NCBI GenBank assembly: GCA_963752715.1
Contig: CAVVZQ010000007.1
Coordinates: 456,215-520,214 of the forward strand
Source of the DNA: an uncultured Actinomycetota bacterium
GTDB taxonomy: Bacteria > Actinomycetota > Actinomycetes > Mycobacteriales > CAVVZQ01
DNA: 64,000 nt
Direction of reading: 5' to 3'
The position numbers and the translations under genes are program-made. Numbering within the stretch: the stretch's first letter is position 1; each line of letters opens with the position of its first letter. Shown here piece after piece: positions 1 to 9,950 of the stretch. Under the pieces are notes generated by a model. It was given only the letters and a program-made list of their open reading frames with translations. It was not told the DNA's origin and ran no database searches.

Positions 1-194
1 AGAGACAGCGACACTCGTCTTGCACCAGGGGTGCCCGCGGGGGTCGCCTCCGGCTGGCACAGCTGAGCCAGTGGGGCTGGCACGCCTCCTGGCCCGCCCG
101 ACGCCGGGCGCGTTGGCGTCACCAATGACCTCCCGCCTCCGGCATGATGCGGCCGCCCGGTGGCTGGCTGCCTCGTCCTCGATGACCGCGCCCA

Positions 195-491
195 TCACTG
201 ATGGCGGGACGCGCGACCTGGAGACAGCCTTTTCAGCCACCGAGACGGACGACCTGTATCGCCAGCTCGACCAGTCGCCGAGCACGTCGGACGAGTGGCT
301 CGGCCTTCGTGGCGGACAGGAGGGCAGTGCCGTACTCGACGCCAGCCTTGGCGCTGATGCCGGCATGGATGGCACCGCCCGCGGCCGCGGTGAAGCGCTC
401 GGCAACGAGGTTGTCCTCGGCGGAGGCGAGGTACTCCTGGGCCTTGCTGAGGAAGGCTTAGGCGGTGGTCGAGCCGCTCAGCCGGGGCCAT
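195..491 (-). pseudogene. HEPN-domain toxin remnant (partner of the upstream MNT gene), frame-disrupted
   Basis: ATG at 491 overlaps the NTase stop (ATGA), but that frame gives Arg-rich nonsense. A second minus frame starting after a TAA (458-460) reads AFLSKAQEYLASAEDNLVAERFTAAAGGAIHAGISAK, which is HEPN-like. The coding signal switches frame again further down. Confidence 0.4.
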
Positions 492-1084
492 CAGGCCGCA
501 CCGACCGTCGTGCGCGGCACCGAGCCGACGATCGCGACCCCGTCCCGGAGAATGCCGCTGACCACGGGCTCACCCGAGCGCGCCAGCTGCTGGAACTGGC
601 TGGGCGTGAACACGAGGACGTCACAGCCATTACCCACGCTGGTACCCACGGCGTCTTGAAGGTCGGCGCGTCCGTCCCACTCGGGACCGGCGATGACGGC
701 CAGGTCGATGTCACTTCCCTCCCTCGCCTCTCCTCGGGCCACCGACCCGAACACGATCACTGCCTCGACGTCGGAGCCCACTGACGTCTCGATGGCTGCC
801 CTGAGCATGGCGATCGGATCGGCGAGTGCGCGCAGGTGGGGCACCGCCGCATGCCCGTCGTTGATGGTGTGGACCCCTGCCCGACCGATGGTCTGCGTGT
901 CGACCAGTCCGAGCCGGGTAAGGGCCTTGAGAGCCTGCTGGACCGACCACAGGCTGTACTCGTCGCTGACCATGCCGTGCACCTGTCGACCGGTCAGCGG
1001 TGCGCCGGTACGCAGAAGCACGGACAGGACGGCCCCGCGGGCCCCTGGGATGAGTCCGCCAAAGGGTTCCCCAAACAACACCAC
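491..1084 (-). CDS. wHTH + nucleotidyltransferase-fold protein (MNT-type antitoxin of HEPN/MNT modules)
   Basis: 197 aa with NTase signature GSVARGEAREGSDIDLAV and an N-terminal winged-helix-like segment. Its stop overlaps the downstream ATG. The second GTG at 1081 may be the real, leaderless start. Confidence 0.8.
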   Translation of the reverse strand: MVLFGEPFGGLIPGARGAVLSVLLRTGAPLTGRQVHGMVSDEYSLWSVQQALKALTRLGLVDTQTIGRAGVHTINDGHAAVPHLRALADPIAMLRAAIETSVGSDVEAVIVFGSVARGEAREGSDIDLAVIAGPEWDGRADLQDAVGTSVGNGCDVLVFTPSQFQQLARSGEPVVSGILRDGVAIVGSVPRTTVGAA

Positions 1085-1087
1085 ACC

Positions 1088-1122
1088 ACACTACCAGTCA
1101 TATGACTGGCAACACAGTCATA
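1088..1122 (-). promoter_or_regulatory. Putative promoter/operator of the MNT gene
   Basis: Minus-strand TAGTGT (-10-like, 1093-1088) is abutted by the 16-bp perfect palindrome CCAGTCATATGACTGG (1094-1109). A third half-site CAGTCATA lies at 1115-1122, 20 bp from the first. Confidence 0.45.
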
Positions 1123-1140
1123 GTCGCCGCGCGGGCACTG

Positions 1141-2718
1141 TCAGCCAGTGGCGGTGACGCCGAAGAGAGTGGCCCGGGCCAGGCGAGTGACGAGCGCGGG
1201 GTCGAGGTCCTCGCGGCCGCCCGCCATGGACTCCAACGCGTCCAGCGTCGTGCGTGCACCTCCGTGCGCCTGCGCAGCGCTGAGGCCGGAGCCGGCGCGG
1301 GTGCGCCAGCCGCGGTCGGCCAGCATCAGCGCCACCCCGGCGTCGAGGGCGGCACCGGACTCCCCGGCGGCCAGACCGAGCAGCGCGAACCACCCCGCCT
1401 CGGCCTCGAACCCCTTGCCCAGCGGAAGCCGGGCGAGCACCGAGGCGACGAGCTCACGGGGATGGCCTGCCACGGCGCGGGCGCGAGCGGTCGGGGTCAG
1501 GCTGCCTTTGGCCTTGCGCAGCAGCCCGACCTGTTGGGCGGTGGCACGCAGGTCGGCGACGGGCCAGGTGAGGTCCTCCCGGTTGGCCTTGCCGATCCAC
1601 CACTGCGTCACCCCGGCGGCCTGCGCGATCTGCTCCACCAGTGCCGGCGGCAGGTAGCCGGCCGCGGTCAGCGTGGTCCCGCTGCCGACGGCATCGATCA
1701 CCGCCAGCCAGGGCCGTGCGGCGCGGCCCACGTCGTGGTCGTCCAGATCGAGAGCGCTGCGCGAACCCAGACTGGAGAGCCAGGCGGTCGCCTGCCCCCA
1801 CCCGGCACTCCGCAGAGACTGCACCAGGTCGGCCAGCGCCTCCGGGAGGCTGTGCCACGGCAGGTGCTCGCCCCTGGCCCACACCCGCATGGCCGCCGTC
1901 GCCTCGTCGGCGTCGAACGCGTCCGGGTCGTAGTCGACGGGAAGCCAGCCGTGGGCGTGCTCGGCGTCCTCGAACGGCTCGGGCACCTCGTTGGCGGGTG
2001 CCCCGGCACGCAGCCACGCCGAGACCTCATGGTGACCGTGCATGCCGCCGACGTCCTCCGGCGGGCACGCCCTCGCACCACCCAGACACGTGGGCTCGCG
2101 GCCCTCCGGTGTCAGCGGGTCGACCGACTCCAGCCTGACTCGGTGCTCCCAGCCGTCACCGAAGTCGTAGAGGTAGGTCAGCCGGTCCCCCGGGAGGCGC
2201 AGCACCTGGTCCAGCCGGACCCGGTCCTCGCGTGTCCCCTCGTCGCCCTCCTCCTGATCGAAGGCGGTGATGAAGTACGGCTGGCCGTAGGCATCCTCGT
2301 CGCCGGGCTGGAAGCGGTGCAGGTGCGAGTCCGTCCACCCCATCGCCGCCTGGAACAGCGTGTGCACCGCGTCCAACGTCAGATCACCCGGCACGGACAG
2401 TCGCCGCCAGATCCTCGGCTTCGACCCCCGCAGCTCGATGGTGAGGGTGAGCAGGCTCGGCTCGGCCGGCGGTGGCGCGAGGTCGATCTCGCGGTTGCGC
2501 CAATCGAGCTCGCTCAGCCCGAAACCGCGCCCCGACACGCTGCCGGTCGACAGACTGCCCAGCTGCTGCTCGAGGGCTGCGAGCTCCTCGCTGCTCAGGC
2601 TCGCCAGCCAGGCTCTGACGTCCGCAGGATCGGGCGGGACGCCGCGAGGCTCGGTCACCAAGCCAGTGAACCAGCCTTGATCTCCAGATGGAGCCCGGGG
2701 CGCCGGCAGCGTCGGCAT
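1141..2718 (-). CDS. pRiA4b ORF-3 family (MM3350-like domain) protein, 525 aa
   Basis: Family hallmark LTIELRGSKPRIWRRLSVPGDLTLDAVHTLFQAAMGWTDSHLHRF and YLYDFGDGWEH. High GC3 in this frame; the long plus-strand ORF 1102-2754 is its antisense shadow. Confidence 0.8.
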   Translation of the reverse strand: MPTLPAPRAPSGDQGWFTGLVTEPRGVPPDPADVRAWLASLSSEELAALEQQLGSLSTGSVSGRGFGLSELDWRNREIDLAPPPAEPSLLTLTIELRGSKPRIWRRLSVPGDLTLDAVHTLFQAAMGWTDSHLHRFQPGDEDAYGQPYFITAFDQEEGDEGTREDRVRLDQVLRLPGDRLTYLYDFGDGWEHRVRLESVDPLTPEGREPTCLGGARACPPEDVGGMHGHHEVSAWLRAGAPANEVPEPFEDAEHAHGWLPVDYDPDAFDADEATAAMRVWARGEHLPWHSLPEALADLVQSLRSAGWGQATAWLSSLGSRSALDLDDHDVGRAARPWLAVIDAVGSGTTLTAAGYLPPALVEQIAQAAGVTQWWIGKANREDLTWPVADLRATAQQVGLLRKAKGSLTPTARARAVAGHPRELVASVLARLPLGKGFEAEAGWFALLGLAAGESGAALDAGVALMLADRGWRTRAGSGLSAAQAHGGARTTLDALESMAGGREDLDPALVTRLARATLFGVTATG

Positions 2719-2913
2719 GTTGCGGCCCCGTGCCGGGCACTAGGTCTGGTGTGAGGGTCTCGGTTGCCGCGGTCGTCGTGGAGATCGGCCGGGCCTGGGT
2801 GTCGGTGTTGGCGGTCGGTTCTGCGTACTGGCCATACGTGAAGACGATCACGACTGCGCCAGCGGGTGCGCGCGCACCACGACGCCTCCCTCGGGTGGGG
2901 GTGGTGGCCGGTG

Positions 2914-5523
2914 ATGTCGCTGCACGTGCTGCACGCCGGGTCCGGCTACCGCTACCTGCTGCGCACCACCGCGGCAGGGGACGGCGCCAACCCGGCCGAC
3001 GGGCCCGCGGGCGGGCTGGCCGGGCTGAACGATGGCCACGGCCTGCCCGACGGGCTGCCGGTGGACGAGACCACCCTCGGGCGGCTGTTCGGCCGCGGGC
3101 ACGACCCGGTCACCGGCCTCCCGTTGGGTCGTGGGCTGGCGACCCGCCGCCTCCCGGACGGCTCGAGTCAGGTGGTGGGGGTGGCCGGGTTCGACCTGAC
3201 CTTCACCGTCCCGAAGTCCGCGTCGGTGCTGTGGGCCCCTCGGCGACCCCCATATCCAAGAGCAGGTGGTGGCCGCGCATCACGCCACCATCGACGTCGT
3301 CCTCGGCTGGGCCGAACGCGAGATCGTCGTGACCCGCACCGGCCACGCCGGCGCCACCCCGCTGCGCACCCGGGGATTGGTTGCGGCACGGTTCGACCAC
3401 TACGACTCCCGCGCCGGGGACCCGAACCTGCACTCCCACCTCGCCGTCGCCAACCGTGTCCAAGGTGAGGACGGCGTCTGGCGGGCGCTGGACGCCCGGC
3501 TGCTGCACGCCGCCGGGGTAGCGATGTCCGAGCTGTACGACACCCTCTATGCCGACGAGCTCACCCGACGGCTCGGGGTCACCTGGCAGCAGGTCGACCG
3601 GGGCCCGGGACGGAACCCGGGGTTCGAGATCGCCGGCATCGGCCCCGGCCTGATCGACGCCTTCTCCACCCGCTCCCACCACATCACCGCCCGCACCGAC
3701 CAGCTCATCGCCGACTTCACGGAAACGCACGGCCGGGCACCGTCCGGGCCCGAGGTCACCCGGCTGCGGCAGACCGCCACCCTGGCCACCCGACCTCCCA
3801 AGACCCCCACCGCGCTACCCGAGCTGCGGTACCGGTGGCGACGGCAGGCCGTCGAGTGGACCGCGGACACCCCCGAGCAGCTCCTCGCCCCCGCACTCCC
3901 CCGCCCCGACGGCCCCGCAGACGAGGCGGGACCGGCTGTCGCCGTGGTGGAGAGGCCGGTACAGCTGAACCTGTTCAACCCGACCCAGGACGTGGGCCTC
4001 GGCCCGGTCGTGGGCACCGGCCCCGCACCGCGGCTGCACGCCCATGCCGACGTCACCCCGGAACAGGTGGACGGCTACGCGGCAGCAGCGGTGGCGGGAG
4101 TGGAGGCGCGGCGGTCGTCGTGGACGCCGCTGAACCTGATGGCCGAGACCGCGCGCGCCACCCGCGAGGTGCGCATGGCGTCGGTGATGGATCGGATGCT
4201 GCTGCTCGACCGCACCCGCGATGAGGCAACAGAAGGCCTGGTCGCGCTGCACGACCCGACCACCGTGCACCCCGCGCACGCGTGGCGCGCCAAGTGGACC
4301 AGCCCCGCGGTCCTGGACGCCGAGCAGGCGCTGCTGGCCGCCACCCACACCCCGGCGGTGGCCATCGAGGAAACGTTCGTCGCCCGTGTGCTCGACACCG
4401 CCGGCACCCCGATGGGTGACTACTACGGCCTGCCCGACCTGTCCGGCGAGCAGGCCGCGGCGGTCACCCACCTGGCCACCCAGCCGACCCGGCTACGTGT
4501 CCTGGAGGGCCCGGCCGGGTCCGGGAAGACCACCACCCTGCGGGCCCTGGCCGTGCTGTGGCAGGCCCGCGCCGGTCAGGGCAGCGTGATCGGGCTCGCC
4601 CCGTCCGCCTCAGCGGCCGCCACCCTGCAGGCCGCCCTGGGGGTGACATGCGAGAACACCGCCAAGTGGCTGCACGAGACCACCGGCCCGGCCGGGCAGC
4701 AGCGCGCCGCGCTGGCCGCCCAGCTGCTCACCGCCCCCGCGGGCCGCGCGGTCCGCGCGAGCGTGACGTGCTGCTCGACCAGGCCCACGCAGCGTGGGCC
4801 GCCGACATCGCCGCCGGCCGGCACGCGCTGCTCCTCGCCGCCGACACAGTCACCGTCACCGAGCTGAACGCCCGGGCCCGCACCCATCGCGTCGCCCATC
4901 GGCGAGGTCAGCGCCCGCGGCGTACCCCTGCGCGACGGCACCACCGCCGGTGTCGGCGACCACCTGGCCGCGCGCCTGAACAACCGCGTCGCTGACCGAC
5001 AGCAGCGGCCGGTGGGTCCGCAACGGCGACCCACTCACCCTCACCGCCCTGCACCCCGACGGATCAGCCACCGCCACCCGCCGCGACACCCCCACCGGCC
5101 AGGACCCCGAAACCGTGCGGCTGCCCGCCGACTACCTCGCCGAGCACGTCGACCTCGGCTACGCGCTCACCGTCCATCGCGCCCAAGGCCTCACCGCCGA
5201 CACCGCCCACCTCGTCCTGATCCCCAGGCACCACCCGCGAAGCCCTCTACGTCGGACTCACCCGCGGACGGGAGTCCAACGACGCCTGGATCACCACCAC
5301 CCCCACCGGGACCGACGGGCACGACATCCCCGGACTGCACCGGCCCGCCCCCACCACCGCCGACGTCCTCCACCACGCCCTGACCACCAGCAGCACCGAG
5401 CCGTCGGCCACCGAACTCCTCGCCGAACTCACCCGACGCGCCGACATCCCCGAGGCCCGTCGTCCACAGATGAGCCCGGCGCCCGGCCCGGCGCGGCACA
5501 CCGGCCCCACCCTGTCCCTGTGA
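2914..5523 (+). pseudogene. MobF/TrwC-type relaxase fused to RecD-like helicase (TraA-like), disrupted by at least five frameshifts
   Basis: N-terminus MSLHVLHAGSGYRYL and AGFDLTFTVPKSASVLWA. His motif FDHYDSRAGDPNLHSHLAV, Walker A GPAGSGKTTT and C-terminus YALTVHRAQGLT. Reading frame changes near 3237, 4750, 4895, 4990 and 5228. Confidence 0.85.
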
Positions 5524-5537
5524 GAGGAGCACCGACC

Positions 5538-5807
5538 GTGGAGACCAGCCCGCTGAGCGTCCCCGCGTCGACGGACGCCGTGATCCCGCTGCCGCGGTTA
5601 CCGCACGACGACGGCTCCGACCAGCCGCGGATCCTGATCACCCTGCCCGAGACAGCCCGTATCCTCGGGGTCGGGCGCAGCACCGTGTCCCGGCTGGTCC
5701 GCCAGGGCGCGCTGGAGTGCGTGTCCATCGGGTCCCTGCGCCGGGTGCCGCTGCAGTCCGTGCACGACTTCGTCGACCAGCTGCGAGCCGACGCCGACGG
5801 GCACTGA
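5538..5807 (+). CDS. xis: Excisionase-family HTH DNA-binding protein
   Basis: GTG preceded by GAGAGGAG 8 nt upstream. HTH segment ITLPETARILGVGRSTVSRLVRQGAL. Its stop is 1 nt before the integrase ATG (TGAgATG). Confidence 0.75.
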   Translation: METSPLSVPASTDAVIPLPRLPHDDGSDQPRILITLPETARILGVGRSTVSRLVRQGALECVSIGSLRRVPLQSVHDFVDQLRADADGH

Positions 5808-5808
5808 G

Positions 5809-7022
5809 ATGGCCAAGCGCCGGGCCCGGGCCAGCCGCGAGGGGTCGCTGTACTACGACCCGTCCGACGGGCGCTGGCACGGCTGGGTCGACATGGGCAT
5901 CGGCATGGGCGGGCGCCGCGACCGCCGCCACGTGGCCTCCCGCTCCCAAGCCGACGTCGTCCGCAAGATGCGCGACCTCGCCGCCAAGCGCGACGTCGGT
6001 ACCGTCCCCACCGCCGGACGCCAGCCCACCGTGGCCGACTGGCTGGCCTACTTCGTCGACACCATCGCCGCGCGCAAGGTCCGGCCCCGCACTCTGCAGT
6101 CCTACCGCTGGCTCGTCGACACCCACCTCGCCCCCCGCCTCGGGCACCACCGCCTCGACCGGCTCCAGCCCGAGCACGTCGAGACCGCCTACACCCACAT
6201 GCTCGACAGCGGCCTCGCCCCCGCCACCGTGCTGCACGCCCACCGTGTGCTCTCCCGCGCCCTCAAGGTCGCCCTGCAACGCGGACGCATCGCCCGCAAC
6301 GTGTGCACCCTGGTCGAGGCGCCCACGGTCCCCCACCAAGAAGTCCAGCCGCTCACGCGCAACGAAGCACGACGCATCCTCGACACCGCCGCGACCCGTC
6401 GCAACGCCGCCCGCTGGTCCGTCGCCCTCGCCCTCGGACTGCGCCAAGGCGAAGCACTCGGGCTGTCCTGGTCCGACGTCGACATCGACCGCGGCACCCT
6501 CCGGGTCCGCTACGCCCTGCAACGCCAGATCGCCCGCCACGGCTGCGGTGGCACCTGCGGCCGCAAACGAGGTGCGGACTGCCCCCAACGCATCGGCGGC
6601 GGCCTCGTACTCGTCGAACCGCAGTCCCGCACCAGCCGACGCACCATCGCCCTGCCCGACCAGCTCGTCGACGCGCTCACCGCCCCCGCGGCGCGCAGGA
6701 CGCCGACCGCGTCCACGCCGGCACCACCTGGGTCGACACCGGGCTGGTCTTCACCCGGCCCGACGGGCGAGCCATCGACCCCAAGGACGACTACCAGACC
6801 TGGAAGGCCCTGCTCGCCGACGCCGGCGTGCGCGACGCCCGCCTCCACGACGCCCGCCACACCGCCGCCACCATCATGTTCACCCTGGGCGTGCCCGCCC
6901 GCGCCGTCATGCAGATCCTCGGGCACAGCCAGATCACCCTCACCCTCGGCACCTACAGCCACGTCGAACCCGAGCTCGCCAAGGAAGCTGCCCACCGCAT
7001 CGGCCGCGCCCTGTGGGACTGA
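5809..7022 (+). pseudogene. int: Tyrosine recombinase/integrase with one frameshift
   Basis: The N-terminal SAM-like and core-binding parts are in the frame of 5809. The catalytic part (LHDARHTAAT, GHSQITLTLGTYSH) is in the frame ending at 7022. The switch occurs at the C5 run near 6683-6690. Confidence 0.85.
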
Positions 7023-7044
7023 TGGCACACAAAGTGGCACACAA
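7023..7044 (+). repeat. Direct repeat TGGCACACAA x2 (12-bp period) between the integrase stop and the tRNA; candidate arm-type recombinase/Xis site
   Basis: TGGCACACAA at 7023-7032 and 7035-7044, read directly. Confidence 0.4.
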
Positions 7045-7101
7045 CCACTGAGCCAGCAGAACGGACCTCGGCATCGCCGCAGGTCAGAGGCCTGAAATCG
7101 G

Positions 7102-7175
7102 AGCCGCCTGTGGGAATCGAACCCACGACCTACGCATTACGAGTGCGTCGCTCTGGCCAACTGAGCTAAGGCGGC
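7102..7175 (-). tRNA. tRNA-Thr (anticodon CGT)
   Basis: Cloverleaf folds by hand: acceptor GCCGCCT/AGGCGGC, anticodon arm ACGCA-CTCGTAA-TGCGT, T arm GTGGG-TTCGATT-CCCAC. No encoded CCA. Confidence 0.9.
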
Positions 7176-7196
7176 AGGACTTCTCAGTGTACGGGC

Positions 7197-8039
7197 TCAG
7201 CTGCCGCCCACAGGCACGTCCGCGCTCGGAGAGGACTCATACGACTGCCGCGGTCCACAGACCTCCTGCAAGGAGCAGGCACACCTGCCGCCGTCCTCCA
7301 GCTTCACAGTGACCTTCTCCGCAGGCACCTGGTGGCCGACCACCCGCCCGCGGCCATCGGGTGTGTCGACGGTTGCGCCCACGGCTGGCGCCTCGTCCTG
7401 GAAGCGCTGGTAGAGCGGGTGCTCATACTTCAGGCAGCACAGCAGCTTGCCGCAGGCCCCGGAGATACGCATCGGGTTGGACGGCAGGTCCTGGTCCTTG
7501 GCCATGCGGAGGCTCACCGGCTCGAAGTCCTTCAGGAACGTCGCGCAGCACAGGTCCCGTCCGCACGAGCCGATGCCACCCTGGACCCTGGCCTCGTCGC
7601 GCTGCGAGAGCTGGCGCAGGTCGATGCGGCACTTCAGGGTCGCGGCGAGGTCACGTACCAGGGCCCGGAAGTCCACTCGCTTGGGCGCCGTGAAGTAGAT
7701 CGTCGTACGGTCGTCGCCGGCGAGCCAGTCCACCCCCACGACTTTCATCGGCAGCCCGTGCTCGCGGATGAGTCGTCGCGCAGCGACCCGAGCCTCCGCA
7801 CGGCGCCGCCGGGAGTCGGCCTCACGCTCCAGGTCGGCCCCATCGGCCAGCCCCACCAGCTCGGGGAAGGCCTCGGCGGACACATCTGTCTCCTGGGGCG
7901 CCCACACACACTCGGCGACCTCGGGTCCGTCGTCGGTGGGGACCAGGACCTTGTCACCGACCCGGGGGCTGATCCCGCCCGGCTGGAAGTAGTAGAGCCT
8001 GCCGTACCGGGTGAAGCTCACCGCGCAGATCAAGCCCAT
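7197..8039 (-). CDS. PSP1 C-terminal domain protein (YaaT/RicT-like)
   Basis: 280 aa with Cys-rich core GSCGRDLCCATFL and GACGKLLCCLKYE. Classic position downstream of holB. Confidence 0.85.
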   Translation of the reverse strand: MGLICAVSFTRYGRLYYFQPGGISPRVGDKVLVPTDDGPEVAECVWAPQETDVSAEAFPELVGLADGADLEREADSRRRRAEARVAARRLIREHGLPMKVVGVDWLAGDDRTTIYFTAPKRVDFRALVRDLAATLKCRIDLRQLSQRDEARVQGGIGSCGRDLCCATFLKDFEPVSLRMAKDQDLPSNPMRISGACGKLLCCLKYEHPLYQRFQDEAPAVGATVDTPDGRGRVVGHQVPAEKVTVKLEDGGRCACSLQEVCGPRQSYESSPSADVPVGGS

Positions 8040-8081
8040 ACCGGCAGCCTAGATCAGGCGCGCATCGCCAGGGATCCCCGC

Positions 8082-9317
8082 TCAGGAGGGATACAGCGCC
8101 AGCATCATCGCTTCCAGAGCGATGCGAGGCTTGGCCTGCGCTGCCAGCGCCGCGCGCGTGTCCAGGACGGCGTGCAGCCTGCGCAGCGCAGTCTCGGAAC
8201 CCCATCGCCTGGCTGCCGCCGCGCTGGCCTCGGCGTGGTCGGGGGCGTTCAGCCGCACCTCGGCTCCCGCCCCGAGGGCAAGCACATCCCGGTAGAAGCC
8301 GGCGAGGTCGGAGAGCATCAGGTCCAGTGCGTCGCGCTCGGTCCGCTTGGACTCCATCCGCTGGCGGTCCTCGACCTCGCGCAGCACGGCGGCGGAGGTA
8401 CGGGCGCCACGCGCCGCCCCACCACGGCGACTCGCAGCGTCGGTCCCCAGCGCAGCAGCCCAGTCCGCCTTCTCCCGCGCGAAGTCCTCGGAAAGCAGCG
8501 CCACGGAATCGGCCGCCTCGGTCAGCCACAGCTCGGCAACCGCGAAACAGTCCTGCAGTGTCGCCAGGTCGGTCGCGGTCTGCAGGGCTCGCTGGCGCCG
8601 GGTCCGGCTGCTGTCGTCGGTGGCGAGCACCCGCGCGCGACCGATGTGCCCGCCCGAGACCTCGGCGGCCCACCTCGCCATGTCCTCCGCCACCGCGTAC
8701 CTGTTCTCCAGGAGCTCGGCGACGGCGGCCACCGGGGGCGTCCCCAGCGCCAGCACCCGGCACCGCGAGCGGATGGTGACAGGTATGTCCTCCTCGTGCG
8801 TCGAGGGAGAACAGAGCAGGAACACCCCGCGTGGGGGCGGCTCCTCGACGACCTTGAGCAGGGCTGCGGCCGCTCCGGGCGTCATGCGGTCGGCGTCCTC
8901 CACCACCGCTACCCGCCAGCGGCCTGCCGGTGGCGCCTCAGCCATCCACGCCCGGATCGCCCTCGCCTCATCGACCTTGATGGACAGTCCGGCGGTAGCA
9001 AGTCCCCGTACCTCGGGGTGGGTTCCGGCGGCGACAGTGCGACAGTCCGAGCACTCCTCCCGGCCGCAGCCCCCGTCGGGACACTGCAGTGCGGCGGCGA
9101 AGGCCCAGGCGGCGGTCGAGCGACCAGACCCGGCCGGCCCCGTGAAGAGCCAGGCGTGGGTCATGGCTCCGGCGGGAGCGTTGCGCTCGCCGTGCGCGGC
9201 CCGCACCGCATGGCGCAGCGCCAGAGCAGCGCGGTCCTGGCTGACCAGATCGTCCAGTCGCAGCCGCGGCCTGACGTGCACGGAGTCGCCGCTCGACGGG
9301 GTCACCACTGTGGTCAC
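8082..9317 (-). CDS. holB: DNA polymerase III subunit delta'
   Basis: HAWLFTGPAGSGRSTAAWAFAAALQC clamp-loader AAA+ motif. tmk-holB-PSP1 gene order. Confidence 0.9.
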   Translation of the reverse strand: MTTVVTPSSGDSVHVRPRLRLDDLVSQDRAALALRHAVRAAHGERNAPAGAMTHAWLFTGPAGSGRSTAAWAFAAALQCPDGGCGREECSDCRTVAAGTHPEVRGLATAGLSIKVDEARAIRAWMAEAPPAGRWRVAVVEDADRMTPGAAAALLKVVEEPPPRGVFLLCSPSTHEEDIPVTIRSRCRVLALGTPPVAAVAELLENRYAVAEDMARWAAEVSGGHIGRARVLATDDSSRTRRQRALQTATDLATLQDCFAVAELWLTEAADSVALLSEDFAREKADWAAALGTDAASRRGGAARGARTSAAVLREVEDRQRMESKRTERDALDLMLSDLAGFYRDVLALGAGAEVRLNAPDHAEASAAAARRWGSETALRRLHAVLDTRAALAAQAKPRIALEAMMLALYPS

Positions 9318-9326
9318 CAGGTCAGC

Positions 9327-9950
9327 CTACGTGCCCAGCCTGGCCTCCACCGCTGCCCGGAGGTCCGCCGCCACCTCCGAAGCGGGACGGTCGGCATCCA
9401 CCACCACGTAGCGGTCGGGGCGCTCTGCGGCGCGCTCCAGGAACACGCGCCGGACAGACTCGTGGAACTCCGCCGGCTCGCCCTCCATACGGTCCGACTC
9501 GCTGCGGGCCCGAGCGCGGGACAGCCCCACCCCGGGCGGCAGGTCGAGGACGAGGACCAGATCCGGTTCCAGCCCCGAGGTGGCCCACCGGGTCAGGGCG
9601 ACGATGTCGTCGGAGGGAAGCCCCCGACCGCCGGCCTGGTATGCGACCGAGGAGTCGACGAATCGATCGCTGATGACCACAGCGCCCCGCGCCAGTGCGG
9701 GCCGGATGACACGAGCGCTGTGCTCGGCCCGGTCGGCGGCATACAGAAGTGCCTCGGTACGAGGGTCGGGGGCCTCGCCGTCCAGCAGCAGGGTGCGGAT
9801 TCCCGCGCCCACCGTGGTGGCTCCGGGCTCACGGGTGGTGACGACTTCCCGACCGCTGCTCCTCAGCCAGTCGGCCAGAATGCCGGCCTGAGTGCTCTTG
9901 CCGGCCCCCTCCCCACCCTCCAGCACGATGAACAGCGCCCGTCCAGTCAT
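9327..9950 (-). CDS. tmk: Thymidylate kinase
   Basis: Internal ATG of ORF 9327-10568. MTGRALFIVLEGGEGAGKST P-loop and DRFVDSSVAYQG. ATGA overlap with the MFS gene stop. Confidence 0.9.
   Translation of the reverse strand: MTGRALFIVLEGGEGAGKSTQAGILADWLRSSGREVVTTREPGATTVGAGIRTLLLDGEAPDPRTEALLYAADRAEHSARVIRPALARGAVVISDRFVDSSVAYQAGGRGLPSDDIVALTRWATSGLEPDLVLVLDLPPGVGLSRARARSESDRMEGEPAEFHESVRRVFLERAAERPDRYVVVDADRPASEVAADLRAAVEARLGT

Larger units (their letters stand above)
1..7101. mobile_element. Right-hand part of a degraded integrative (mobilizable/conjugative-type) element inserted at the 3' end of tRNA-Thr; left end lies outside the window
   Basis: xis-int pair abuts the tRNA 3' end. Also carries a MobF-type relaxase, an MNT/HEPN module and a pRiA4b-ORF3-like gene. 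Relaxase, integrase and HEPN are all frame-disrupted. Confidence 0.6.

Noticed and set aside
20-784. 254-aa plus-strand ORF at the window start.
   Set aside because: It is antisense to the MNT gene and the HEPN remnant. The minus strand carries the recognisable NTase and HEPN motifs.
2865-2878. 14-bp palindrome GGTGCGCGCGCACC upstream of the relaxase, considered as an oriT/nic site.
   Set aside because: It is a pure GC-type palindrome of a kind common in such genomes. It has no flanking inverted-repeat/nic-site architecture I can recognise, and it overlaps a spurious GTG ORF start.
1-7101. A second copy of the tRNA-Thr 3' end (attL) inside the window.
   Set aside because: I could not find a match to GGAGCCGCCTGTGGGAATCGAACCCAC by eye anywhere left of the integrase. 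The element boundary is presumably upstream of position 1. This needs a computational repeat search.
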